Source: Octopus sinensis (taxonomy: Eukaryota). From it: 64,000 bases of DNA. Under the pieces are notes generated by a model. That model saw only the letters and a list, made by a program, of their open reading frames with translations. It was not told where the DNA came from and did not search any database. Both the position numbers and the translations under genes were made by a program. The stretch lies in NCBI RefSeq assembly GCF_006345805.1, contig NC_043010.1:27590001-27654000 (forward strand), in the 5' to 3' direction. Of the stretch, positions 11,958 through 25,218 are shown one piece after another (position 1 is the first letter of the stretch; the number at the start of each line of letters is the position of its first letter).

Positions 11958-12233
11958 AGTAAAGATTGTTTGCTAACATAACATGGAAGTCCTGGTTTAG
12001 GACGAATGTTGCTGTAATTTAGCCCCAGAAGACATCGTCTCCAGCTGGCTATACGACACGATCTGTGTCCTTGTATTTTCGAACAAGGGAATCTCGTACC
12101 CACCCTTATTCGAAAATATAAGGACACAGATCGTGTCGTATAGCCAGTTGGAGACGATATCTCTTGGGACTAAATTACAGCAACATTCGTCCTACACCAG
12201 AACTGCCATGTTGTGTTGGTAAAAATCTTTACT
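11958..12233. repeat. MITE-like fold-back, ~125-bp arms
   Basis: AGTAAAGATT...TTTTCGAA vs TTCGAAAAT...AATCTTTACT; short spacer. Confidence 0.8.
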
Positions 12234-12334
12234 CCAGGAAAATCATTTCTAATCTTCACTGATTTAGTTCTGTATAACGGGACTGGAAAATGTTCAAAAA
12301 TATATAGACGGCGATGGACCTGGTGTATGTATCC

Positions 12335-12377
<43 letters not shown>

Positions 12378-12581
12378 GTGTGTGTGTGTGTGTCTGTGAC
12401 TCATATTGTCGTTCAATGCTCGAAATGAGGAGTTGGCAAACAGCTGACAACTGATGAAGGGTCGTTCTTTATGTTACTTGTCCTGTTTTCCATTTGTTTC
12501 TCTCGTTGTTTGCGTATTGAATACACTTGTTTTCGTATTTCATGTTGTTTACTGTTGGTGACGTCCTGTAACCATATATGA

Positions 12582-12630
<49 letters not shown>

Positions 12631-12827
12631 AGTAGTTGGATAAATTATCCTAGTTTGGATAAATCGGTTAACCGATACCCGGGTAGCAAATTCACGTCAG
12701 AAAACACGGTTGAAGCTACATGCCAAGGGCAGAGATCACGTACTTTCGTGTGGAAATTTGTGTGTGTTTTTTTATTATAATTAAATGAAAGAATGGAGTC
12801 GAACGACGATTTAACAAAATTCCTTTA

Positions 12828-12910
12828 TTCTCGACATATGTTTCGAAGACTGCATATTCCTAATTCCGAAGGAATAAGGGGTGCATTATGCCGGCTTCTC
12901 ATCAGGAAAG
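12828..12910 (-). ncRNA. Hammerhead family 2, mirror copy
   Basis: Other arm of the palindrome. Confidence 0.78.
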
Positions 12911-13091
12911 ACAAGGAACTTATGTCAGCATCATGACGAACAAAAACTTTTAGATGACTGCCCACACGGAGTCCATAGTGATAATGGAGTCCATAGTGAT
13001 CATCACTATGGACTCCATTATCACTATGGACTCCGTGTGGGCAGTCATCTAAAAGTTTTTGTTCGTCATGATGCTGACATAAGTTCCTTGT

Positions 13092-13174
13092 CTTTCCTGA
13101 TGAGAAGCCGACATAATGCACCCCTTATTTCTTCGGAATTAGGAATATGCAGTCTTCGAAACATATGTCGAGAG
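13092..13174 (+). ncRNA. Type I hammerhead with extended stem II (family 2)
   Basis: CTTTC-CTGATGA-GAAG...CTTC-GAAA-CATATG-TC-GAGAG; inner pairings TGCA/TGCA and TATTYC/GGAATA. Confidence 0.8.
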
Positions 13175-13191
13175 TAAAGGAATTTTGTTAA

Positions 13192-13252
<61 letters not shown>

Positions 13253-13281
13253 CATATATATATATATATATAGATATAGAT

Positions 13282-13344
<63 letters not shown>

Positions 13345-14006
13345 TCTTTTTATATATATATATATATATATGGCTTATAAGTTTTGTGTTGGCCATAGGC
13401 TGTGGTACAATAAATACACTTGCAAAAGATTCTGCACTCCGGAATCGAACACATCGCGACATGATTCCGAAGCGAACTTTTTAGCCATACAGCTATGTCT
13501 GTATCCAATTATAGCTACATAAGACTATCGGATTCCCCCATCTTTGACGTCAAATCGATGCTTCGATACAATACAGTAAAAAGAAAATTAATGCTCGCCT
13601 TTGAGCATCACCCTGCTAAATCACATCCGTTTTTATATAAAAGTGTGGGAGTTAGTTACTCTTTCCATGGACTGGATTCTCAAGAACATCTCAGCAGTAA
13701 TCTTTGTTATTGTAAGAGAAAACACCTATATCTATAAGGAATTTAAAAAGCAGAATATAACAATGCAGAAAGAGACAATGGTACTTAATGAACAGCAAAG
13801 TAAAGAGAGCTAAAATAGAGAGGAACGCACAGGCAATTAAGAATTGGTAAGACTATTTACAGAGTAGATTCTGCATGGCAGTTTTCTAACGATGAAGTGT
13901 GCATTGGAGTGGGTGTGTCTGAGAGTGGGTGTGTGCCTGTTACTTCTTAAGCCACCTACATATCTGTTTAAAAGGTATAAAACAGTCTTCAGTATTGGAT
14001 GTTTTA

Positions 14007-14051
<45 letters not shown>

Positions 14052-14057
14052 CATATG

Positions 14058-14096
<39 letters not shown>

Positions 14097-14151
14097 CATA
14101 CATATGTATGTATATATATATATATAGATATTATATATATACATATGTATG

Positions 14152-14198
<47 letters not shown>

Positions 14199-14209
14199 GT
14201 ATGTATATG

Positions 14210-14248
<39 letters not shown>

Positions 14249-14263
14249 GTAGTACATATATGC

Positions 14264-14299
<36 letters not shown>

Positions 14300-15159
14300 C
14301 AATGTATGTCTATATGCAGATATATATATATATATATTATACTATATATATATATATATATACATACGTACATTCATAATATATATGTATGTAGGAACAC
14401 ACATATATATATATATATACACACATGGTATTTGTATATATGTATATGTATGTGTGTGATATATATCATATAGAGATAGAAAGATAGTTGGATCTAGATA
14501 TATATATACATAATATATAGATATATATATATATATATATAACATATATGAGCGATACAAAGGTAGTTGGATGTAATGTGTGTGTGTATGTGTAAATGCA
14601 TATATGTGTATATAGATAAATGTATTCACACACTTACCCACGCACGCACATGCACTCATGCACAAATACACGAACACACACACACACACAACGTAATCGA
14701 CTTATGCTCTACCCGAAATTGCTGGCTTTGTGCGAAAAGTCGAAGCCAATATTTTTGCCAACATTTTGTGTTCAAATCCCACCGTTATTAACTTTGTCCT
14801 TTTTCACCCCTCTCTAGGGTTCTTCTTCTTCTTCTTCTTCTTCTTCTTCTTCTTCTTCTTCTTCTTTTTTTCTTCTTCTTCTTCTTCTTCTTCTTCTTCT
14901 CCTCCTCCTCATCCTCCCCCTACTACTACTACTACTACTACTACTTCTTCTTTTTCTTCCTCCCCTCGTTCTATCTATGCCTGATTTTGTATTACTATTA
15001 TCGAGGCTCCGTCCGCTATTTCATTACTTTTATTCTTATTTTGTACTTATTGTCCCCACACACACATACACACACCGATATAATCAACATACAACGCGTG
15101 ACATTACACACGTGCTGTTGGCGATTTCTTTTCCTTCGTAGCACTTTTTCCTTTTCTCC

Positions 15160-15192
15160 TTTCTGACGAAGAGCTATGCTCGAAACGTCAAA
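15160..15192 (+). ncRNA. Minimal dimer-type hammerhead (family 3)
   Basis: TTT-CTGACGA-A-GAGC tat GCTC-GAAA-CG-TC-AAA; stem III is only the palindrome ACGT. Confidence 0.75.
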
Positions 15193-15292
15193 ACCTCTCT
15201 CTTTTTACACATCTTCAAACTAATACATTCATTGTGCACCTACTCTTGTCGTCTGTTATTGTCAATTTTATTGTTTGTTTATTTGAATTGGC

Positions 15293-15324
<32 letters not shown>

Positions 15325-15329
15325 TATAT

Positions 15330-18295
15330 AAATACACCTCACCTCGATGCTCCTACTGAACATCAGAGGACTGCTAACACTCAGTAACAGAACAAAAATC
15401 CCGTTCTTGAGAGACTTTGTTACATGCAATCAAGCCTTATGCATAACACTTACGGAAACGCACCTGAAACCGGACATAGCAGATGCGGAATTACACATAC
15501 CACAGTATGTTGTACTACGGGCCGACAGAAAAGAAAGGAGTCATGGAGGAGTTGCTATGTACATCCGTGAGGACCTCACATCCCAGGTCCTTTTGTCATA
15601 CTCAAACTCGGTGTGTGACACACTAATTGTACATATAAGGCAAATTGGTGTAGGCAAGTTTGAAGACTGCCTTATAAAAATAGAAGAAGTTCTAGTCACA
15701 TTAGAACAACACATAAGTGTACTTCTTATGGGAGACTTCAATCTACCCAATGTCAGATGTCCCGAGGGCCTTTCTCTCCCAGGAATGACACGATGTGAAC
15801 GAGGACAGGCGAGGTCCCTCCTGAACCTCATCAACACTCTGTACATGGAACAAGTAATACTCCAACCAACCAGGGCAGGTAACACACTCGATCTCTGCTT
15901 CACAAATAATATGGATCTCATCCATAATGTGAAAGTGACACCGACACTACTCTCGGATCACAACATGGTAGAGCTGACCATGTACGGGCCAAAGGAAAGC
16001 ATGGACATGCAGCCTACAAGAAACTCTCAGAATCTTTCCAGCTTGAACTTCCATAAGGCAAACTGGAAACAAATTGAGAAAGAGATCCTCAAACAAAACT
16101 GGCCAGACATCGACGTGAAACTTCAACAATTCACATCTGTAATGCAAGCCATATGCTACAAATGTGTCCCAGAGAGAAAGGCCACTGTACACAAGAACAA
16201 AATCCCCAGAGAGAGGAAAATTTTAATGAGACGGCGCACAAAAATTTCAAATCGCCTAAATAAACAAATTGAAAGCAGTGAAAAGTCCCGCCTGAAAATA
16301 AAACTGTTGCAAATTGAAAAATGTCTGCAACTCTCCCATGAAAAGGAAAGAGTAGACAAAGAAGCCTGGGCTATAGACAACATAAAATCTAACCCCAGAG
16401 CTTTCTACAGGTATGCCAAAGAAGCAGCTACGGTGCACTGTAGGATAGGGCCACTCCTTGAAAAGGATGGCACACTCACAGGAAATCCAATGAGGGTAAG
16501 TGAAATACTGAATGAGCAATTCAAGAGTGTTTTCACTCCACCTCGTGGGCATTTCCAAATAACCAATCCAACTGACTTCTTTACCACTGCAGATATAAAA
16601 CCAGAGGCAGCGATGATAGATTACATCAATATAAAGGAAGACGATGTAATAAAGGCTATAGATGAAATGAAAACAGACTCAGCTACTGGCCGCGATGGAT
16701 TCCCGGCAATCCTCCTAAAAGTATGTAAGAGAGTCCTAGCAAGACCACTGCAGTTCCTCTTTCAGAGCTTCCTTGCAACTGGCAAACTTCCAAGAAAACT
16801 GAAGGAAGGTAAAATATGCCCTATTCATAAAGGAGGTAGCAGAGCGGAGGCCAAGAACTACAGACCTATCTCTCTGACCTCACACATCAGCAAAGCCATG
16901 GAACGAATAGTCAGAAGGAAACTGATCACCTTCCTTGAAGAAAATGACTTGCTGCCTGACACCCAACATGGTTTCCGACCAGGAAGAAGCTGCTTAACTC
17001 AGCTCCTACAACACTATGACTGGGTGCTGAAACGACTGCTCAACCACTCAAATGTGGAAGTGATATATCTCGACTTTGCAAAGGCGTTTGATAAAGTCGA
17101 TCATGGAATGATATGTCACAAACTGCGTGATCTTAGCATTGTTGGAAAATTGGGTGAATGGCTTCATGACTTTCTGAAGGATAGAAGTCAGGTGGTAATA
17201 GCTTCCATCAACACGCAAATAGTGAGCGGTGTTCCGCAGGGCACTGTTTTGGGACCACTACTGTTCATAATGGCCCTCTCAGACATGCCCTCAGCCACGC
17301 AGAGAGCCACGATCACAAGTTAGATGATACAAAAGTTTCACAGGCAATACAGAACCCTGAAGACACTAAACGCCTGCAATGTGAGCTGGACGAAATATAC
17401 AAGTGGGCTGAAAAGAATAGCATGCAGTTCAATGCTGAAATTTCAAGCTTTATGCTATCAGCATGCAAAACTAAATGCAATACCCAATGAATACACTGGA
17501 CCCGGAGGAATTGCAATCCCAGAGGCACAATCAGTGCGTGACCTGGGTATTTACATGAGTGATGACGCAACCTTTCGTGTACATGTTGCTAAATTGGCAA
17601 TGAAATGTAGACGACTGGCCGGATGGATTCTTAGAACCTTTAGAACAAGAGAACAAGAAACCATGATGGTCCTCTGGAGGACACTTGTCCTAAGCCACTT
17701 TGACTATTGCTCTCAGCTATGTCAAGTTGATCACAGAACTTGAGGCGATCCAACGTAGCTACACGAAGAAGATAGCCTCTGTGCAGCATATAAGCTACTG
17801 GGAAAGACTCAAGAGATTAAAACTCTATTCGTTGGAGCGTAGGCGAGAAAGATATGCCATAATATACATCTAGAAGATCCTGGAAGGACTTGTCCCAAAC
17901 TTTGGCATCGAGAGTTACACAAATGCCAGAACTGGGCGCCACTGCGTGGTGCCAAGGACTCCAAATTTGCCATCTAGATGTAGGACAAGATACTGTGATA
18001 GCCTGGGCTTATGAGGCCTACAGCTCTTCAATATCCTCCCGAAGAACCTAAGAGATCTGCATGGGGTGGATGCAGATGTCTTTAAAATAAAACTGGATCT
18101 CTCCTTGTCGGGTATCCCAGATGAACCAACTTCACGGCAGGAGGTGCAGATGAGGGCAGCTGCATCGAACTCTCTCATGCACCAAATGGCAGTTGCTAAA
18201 AAGCATTCGTGAAGTAAAACCATGTAGCAACACCAAATGGCGGTGCCCCAGCATGGCCACAACTCGTGAGCTGAAACTAGATAAAATAAAAAAAT
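15330..18295 (+). mobile_element. APE-RT LINE of the CR1/L2 group, ORF2 region near full length, 5'-truncated
   Basis: LLNIRGL, LTETHL, DRKERSHGGVAMYIR (APE); NYRPISLTS, QHGFRPGRSCLTQL, YLDFAKAFDKVDH, SGVPQGTVLGPLLF (RT); A-rich 3' tail; (TA)n flanks. Confidence 0.93.
15347..17323 (+). pseudogene. LINE ORF2 endonuclease + RT, 658 aa, broken at the YADD motif; continues out of frame to ~18170
   Basis: acaagtta|gatgataca at ~17316-17332 is consistent with a 4-nt loss from T-S-Y-A-D-D-T-K. Confidence 0.88.
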
Positions 18296-18625
18296 ATATA
18301 TATATATATATAATATATATATATAAAAAATATGCACATATATTTATATACATATATATTTATATACATTATATATATATACATACATATATTATATATA
18401 CTATATATATATATATATAATATATATATACATAAAAAAAAAATATATATATATACATATATATTATATACATATATATTTATATACATATATATTTATA
18501 TACATATATATATACATACATATATTTATATACATTATATATATATATTTATATCTATATATATATATATATATATATATATTATGTGTCTGTGTATATA
18601 TATATCTATATATATTTCTTTCTTT

Positions 18626-19023
18626 CTTTTACTTGTTTCAGTCATTTCACTGCGGCCATGCTGGAGCACCGCCTTTAGTCGAGCAAATCGACCCCGGGAC
18701 TTATTCTTTGTAATCCCAGTACTTATTCTATCGGTCTCTTTTGCTAAGTGACGGGGACGTAAACACACCAGCATCGGTTGTCAAGCGATGTTGGGGGGAC
18801 AAACACAGACACACAAACATATACACACACATACATATATATATATATACATATATACGACAGGCTTCTTTCAGTTTCCGTCTACCAAATCCACTCACAA
18901 GGCATTGGTCGGCCCGGGGCTATAGCAGAAGACACTTGCCCAAGATGCCACGCAGCGGGACTGAACCCGGAACCATGTGGTTGGTAAAAACAAGCTACTT
19001 ACCACACACCCACGCCTGCACCT
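18626..19023 (-). mobile_element. tRNA-derived CORE-like SINE family B (AGGCGCAGGAGTGGCTGTGTGGTAAG head, central microsatellite, LINE-like tail)
   Basis: Head, GGCAYCTTGGGCAAGTG core-like block, (CA/TA)n middle, GGTGCTCCAGCATGGCC...CTGAAACAAG tail. Confidence 0.85.
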
Positions 19024-19400
19024 TATATAATTTAAAGTTGAGGGTTCTTGAGAATCCTGGCACATCATCTTGTAGGGCGTCGTCACAGAGACCTCGTAAT
19101 GAGAAACAACATTGAAGATATCAAGTGTTGGTAGGACACTGTAGATATGCAGTTCCAAATCTAATTCATAACCATAGATCCGACCTACCAGTAGCGCCTT
19201 CGTGTGGCATAGGTATGAAAGAGTAACTACATATGTTGTTTAAAACTGACGATAGCTGTTTCGGTAGCATCCTATTTATTTTGGCTACATTAAATAAAAT
19301 ACTCCTAAAGCAGCCGTCGTAAATTTTAAACGCCATTTTGTGTTCACTTTATGTGTGTGTGTGCGTGTGTGTGTGTGTGCGTGTGTGTGTGTGTGCGTTG

Positions 19401-19435
<35 letters not shown>

Positions 19436-19842
19436 GTGTGTGTGTGTGTGTGTGTGTGCATGTGTGTGTGTGTGCATGTGGCTATTCGGTACTCTCTTTC
19501 CCCTTCACACTTTATTAAAGACTTCCTAGAAGAGAAACCTGTTAATGAATCTACACGGTTAATTTTTGAAGTCTCGTCTAGTAACGAGGCATATTATTCG
19601 ATGTGAAATCACAAAGGGTTTAAAACGTCTCGATATAACTCTGGGATTATATTCTTAGTTAGTTCAATCATGCCATTGAAACAGGGTTGTTTTAAATACT
19701 TCTGGTCATATAAGCCTGATCGCTGAGGTTCGTATCATCAGAAACAGCATACTACATTAGCGTCTTTTAAATATACTGCAAAATTTATCGTTTAAATTGG
19801 AATAACAATCAATGACATTCGTACGTTAATATTAGATATACT

Positions 19843-20238
19843 CTCTCTTTACTCTTTTACTTGTTTCAGTCATTTGACTGCGGTCATGCTGGAGCAGCAT
19901 CTTTAGTCGAATAAAATCGACCCCAGGACTTATTCTTTGGAAGCCTAGTACTTATCCTATCGGTCTCTTTTTGCCGAACCACTAAGTGACGGAAACGTAG
20001 ACACACCAGCATCGGTTGTCAAGCGATGGTGGGGGGAGATAAACACAGACACAAACAACAAATACATACATACATATATATACGACGGGCTTCTTTCAGT
20101 TTCCGTCTACCAAATCTACTCACAAGGCTTTGGTCGGCCCAAGGCTATAGCAGAAGACGAGGTGCCACGCAGTAGGACTAAACCCGGAACCATGTGGTTG
20201 GGAAGCAAGCTTCTTACCACACAGCCACTGCTGCGCCT
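19843..20238 (-). mobile_element. SINE family B, full length
   Basis: Collinear with 18626-19023. Confidence 0.85.
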
Positions 20239-20758
20239 GTTGTATAATGTATAAATGCTTGATGTTGTATAATGTTTGATACGTTGTGTAATATTGATAT
20301 GCTGTATGCTGTACAATGTTTGATATACTGTATAATGCATAACGTTTGTTATGTTGTATAATGGACGATGTTTAATATGTTGGATAATGTACAGTGTATG
20401 ATTTGTTGGATAGTGTAATAGTGTATGATATTTTGTATAATGTATAATGTTGTACATAATTTATATCATTTATAATGCATGATAGGTTGGGTAGGATTTG
20501 TTGGGTTAAAAATAGTTTACTTCCTTTTATCATTGTTACTATATTTTTCTACAACTGGAGGGAAGAAAATCACAAATGGCTGCGTCAAGATTTGAACTCA
20601 TACTTTAACAAAATTGATAGGGAATGTGGGGGATGACGCTTGGCTAAAAATATTCTTTTTATACTTTACAGCGTTTGTAGGAAAAATATTTTTCCAAACT
20701 ATAATCAGAAAAACTTTCACATCAGAAAGCTTTCGCATCAATGTTTACACACACATAC

Positions 20759-20858
<100 letters not shown>

Positions 20859-21441
20859 TCTCTCTCTTTGTCTGCGTGTCTGTTTATTTTTCTCTGTCTC
20901 TTTTTCACTCAATCTATTTCTCTCTTTCTCCTTGTTTTCCTCTCTCTCTCTCTCTTTTTCTCTCTACCACTATCTTTCTCTCTCTCTCTCTCTCACTCAC
21001 TCTCTCTCTCTCTCTCTCTCCCTCTCTTTCTCCGCTCCGTTACACACGTATTGTGATAGAAATAACTCGATATTGAGAACAACATATCTTATGTAGTTAC
21101 AGCTATAGAAAACTCTGAACTTTACTCTTTCAAGATAATTTTCCACAGTGCATTTTAAGTGCCAGCAGCAAAATTTAGGCAACTTGACGGGAATACACAG
21201 TGAAAATTTATATCTGAACGTATCAGAAACTTACAGACTCATTTGGAGTGTATAACATATTCATTGTTATACCTCTTCGCTTTCATAACATTTTCTGCAA
21301 TTTTAATTTTATAATCTGCATTATCATGTTTAGATGAAGCTATAAAACCACTCAACGAATAAAAGCTGTTAATATGATAAACTGCAATACTAACCTTGTT
21401 GAAATTCCGTTCAGGAACAGACCACGATATAAGCTTTATAT

Positions 21442-21520
21442 CAGTGATTCTAAACCGGGTTCCATACGGCCCCTGGGGATTCCGCAAGACTTTGTTGTTA
21501 AAATTTATCTGCAATAAATC
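21442..21520 (-). mobile_element. End fragment of hAT-type MITE related to 57491-57739
   Basis: CAGTGATTCTAAACCGGG... is the reverse complement of the 57655-57739 end. Confidence 0.55.
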
Positions 21521-21597
21521 GGTTATGCTTCTACAATACGCAAAATATTTTAATAATTTTTTGTTATATAATTCGTTTTTTTTTTTTATTTATCGAG

Positions 21598-22030
21598 GCA
21601 TCATCCAGTCAGGCTGATTGCCCGGGACAACCTGACTACCTCTTTCCATCCTTCCCGATCTTCCCTTAGCGTTTTTAGGTCTTCAACTTGGCATCCAACA
21701 TCTTCTGCAAGCTGTCCACAGCAACACACTACTCACGAGTTCTTCTTTACTTCTCCAGCAGTGGCCAGCAAACCTCAATCTGCGCTCTCGGATGATTGAT
21801 GAGAAAGTTGATACATTCCCATATAACCGTTGTTTTGTTGAGTTCCCCCTGCAAGAGACATTGAGCGCTGCACATAACATTCTGGTGTAGGCACCGTCCA
21901 GCATGCACCTGAGTCTTTTGATGAGAGTCCAAGTCGGAGATCCATATACAAGCACAGATTAAACAACTACTCTGAAGAACTGTCTCTTCAATTTATTTGG
22001 TAGAGTTGGCGTCCATATTATTCTAAAGCA
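21598..22030 (-). mobile_element. RTE/RTEX LINE 3' fragment
   Basis: LVYGSPTWTL..LDGAYTRML..IRERRLRFAGHCWR..VLLW. Confidence 0.8.
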
Positions 22031-22261
22031 ATAAAACAACAATAGAACAATCTTAGAACAATATTCGTTATAATATTTAATTATGAAAATAGAATAGGGT
22101 TCTTTTAAACATCGAATCGTTATAGGTGTTCAGTAGAGTAAAATAGGGATCAAAAGGGTCCTTAAGAAAATTTTTTTTTTTAAATGGTTGAGTACCATTG
22201 CTTTAGAAAAAAAAGAAAGAAAACAACGGATTACAAACAAATAATTCACTTTACTTCATTT

Positions 22262-22690
22262 CTTGCGTAGCTGTGGGGTAAGAAGTTTGCTCCCAACTAA
22301 GTGATTCCTGGTTCAGTTTCACTCCGCTGCACCTTGAGCAAGTGTCTTCTACAATGATCACGAGCCGCACAAAGCCTTGTGAGTGCATTTGGGAGACAGA
22401 AACTGAAAGAAGCCCGTCGTATGTACTCGCGTGTGTGTTTATGTCTGTTTATTGTGTGTGCATGTGTTTGTGTCTATGTTTGTCTCTCACGACTTCCTGA
22501 CGACCGGTGATGGTGTATTTACGACCCCCTTATCTAACGGTTCGGCAAAAGAGACCGATAAAATAAGTACCAGGCTTTAAAAATAAGTACTGGTGCCGAT
22601 TCGTTCGACTAAAATTCTTAAAGACGGTACTCCAGCATGGCCGTAGTTTAGCGACTGTAACAATAAAAATACATAAAAAGAATTAAAAGA
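22262..22690 (+). mobile_element. SINE family B, diverged; a tail-to-tail partial copy follows at ~22730-22990 (-)
   Basis: Head, core and tail motifs recognisable. Confidence 0.7.
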
Positions 22691-23003
22691 CTCAAATAAA
22701 TACATAGCGAACAAATATCTAATAAATATACTCTTTACTCTTAAATTTGCTGCAGTCACTGAACTGACGCCATGCTGGAGCACAACTCTTTCAGAGTTAG
22801 CCGTGCAAATGGCGCCTAGTACTTATTTTCTCAGTCTGGTACTCTTTTGCAGGTACTCTTATCTCGAACTCTTTTGCTGAACAGCTAAGTTACGGAATCG
22901 TAAACAAACCGATACCGGATGTTAGGTGGTGATGGGGATAAACACAAAACATACACATACATACACACAAACACACACACAAATATACATGTATATATAC
23001 ATG

Positions 23004-23054
<51 letters not shown>

Positions 23055-23334
23055 TATATAAAGTATAGGTGGCATACGAGTGGGTATATATTTATAAAAA
23101 AGAAGTTTGAAAACGCCACTATATAAGATAAATTTTAATTTTCTGAGAGATTTTGCATGTTTCGGTTCTTCTTGAAAAAACGAACCTTATCAAAAATATA
23201 TATTTTTTAAAGCTAACTGTAATAAAAGAAAAGTTCGTAATTGTTTCTTACTAGTCCCTACAGAGTCAACGTGGTGGTGTTTTGTGCGTGGGAACATAAT
23301 GGATGTCTTGTGCGTTGACTAGAATCGTTGACTG

Positions 23335-23400
<66 letters not shown>

Positions 23401-23606
23401 ATATATATATATATATTTCGTTTTTGCATCTGGTTTGCAAGATTCTTTATGTGAATTCGTGTCCGTTGACAAGGTTGCAAAAACAACGAAACTTTTGGAA
23501 GAAAAAAATATATAAATAATAAATAAGTGAAAATCGAAATCGGTGAGTGTGTTAGATAATAAAGCATTAAGTCGATGACAATATGACTCTCCCCAGCTAC
23601 AACAAC

Positions 23607-23658
<52 letters not shown>

Positions 23659-23951
23659 CACACACACACACACACACACACACATGTATGCGACAGGTTT
23701 CCGTGCAGCTTCTGTATACCAAATTCACTCACAAGATACTAGTCGACCTAAGGCTACAGTAAAAGACACTTGCATGCATATATATAAACAAAGATTTTGG
23801 GGGCTAAATTGAAATAGCATACTGGTTTACGTAGCATAGGCAAATCTTCTAGCCAAAAAGTATTGATTTAAGAAGAAAACCAGAGGCTTATTACTTACTT
23901 AAGCGTTATATACATACATAGATACATACACACATACATACATACACACAC

Positions 23952-23984
<33 letters not shown>

Positions 23985-24109
23985 CATATATATATAATAT
24001 ATACATATATATATATATATATTATATATATATTATATATATATATATAATAATATATATATATATATATAATATATATATATATAATATATATATATAT
24101 TATATATAC

Positions 24110-24140
<31 letters not shown>

Positions 24141-24699
24141 ATATATATATATATATTATACATATATATATATATATATATATTTATTATCTGTACACAA
24201 TCTATTGCAACCAATTCCTTCAAGACAATTGCGAATCAAAGACAGGAAAAAAGAAGAATGAGTGGTGGCGGGGAAGGTGTCAAACAATTTCTAATTAAGA
24301 ATCAGTCTAGACAGCTTTTGAGCTTTTCATACGATACTTACCAAACGGCATTGGCAATAATAAATGAGTGAGACTCTGGAAGCCATTTTACTTTCGTACA
24401 CGAGCGTGTTGGTGGAAGTACAGGTTTGAAAAATAAGATAGATAAAAAGCGTCGTCTGGATAAAGGCATCTAATGTTTAAAGACTTGAAATACCTGATGA
24501 ACCCAAGGTTATATTCCTGGTAATGCACTCCGGTTCTCACAGGAGAAGTTTCTTGTGTTGGCTGAACAGCTTTTTGACCGGGGATCTATTTGATTGTGTT
24601 AAAACTGGACGTAACGACATCAACCAAAAGTTGAAAAGTGACGAAAGCTACATCGTGTGAATTAGAAGTAAACCCCTTAAGAAATATTGGTTTCAAATT

Positions 24700-24905
24700 T
24701 TTGCACAAGGCCGGCAATTTCCTGATAGGGTGGGATGGTAAATAGTTTACATCAATCTCAGTGAGTAACTGGTACTTATGTTATCGACCCTGAAAGAATG
24801 AATGGCAAAGTCAACCTTGGCGGAATTTGAACTCAGATCGTAAGGACGGTCGAAATGTTGCTAAGCATTTTGTCCAGCGTACTAACGATTCAGCCAGTTA
24901 CCTAC
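24700..24905 (-). mobile_element. SINE family A
   Basis: Reverse complement of the family A consensus. Confidence 0.7.
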
Positions 24906-25003
24906 CTTAACCTCTTAATAAGTATTCAATTCTAAAGATGGCTCCAGATTTTCTGAATTGTTCAATCCCAAATAGATACCATTCCAAGAACACAAGGCTT
25001 TAA

Positions 25004-25218
25004 GGCGGTGAGCTGGCAGAAACGTTAGCACGCTGGGCGAAATGCTTAGCGGTATTTCGTCTGTTTTTACGTTCTGAGTTCAAATTCCGCCGAGATCGAC
25101 TTTGCCTTTCATCATTTCGGGGTCGATAGATTAAGTACGAGTTGCGTACTGAGGTTGATCTTATCGACTGGTCCCCATCCTCCAAAATTTCGGGCCTTGT
25201 GCCTAGAGTAGAAAAGAA
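25004..25218 (+). mobile_element. SINE family A
   Basis: Full head-to-tail match. Confidence 0.82.

Larger units (their letters stand above)
12809..13193. repeat. 385-bp near-perfect palindrome (192-bp arms, 1-nt centre at 13001, 3 mismatches)
   Basis: Direct arm comparison; also yields mirror ORFs 12825-13121(-) and 12881-13177(+). Confidence 0.95.

Noticed and set aside
12451-12475. CTGATGAAGGG hammerhead-like start
   Set aside because: No GAAA or stem III after the possible stem II.
12825-13177. Two nearly identical 98-aa ORFs on opposite strands
   Set aside because: Mirror products of the DNA palindrome; no protein signature.
24494-24515. CTGATGA-ACC caa GGT
   Set aside because: Followed by TATA instead of GAAA; no stem I or III.
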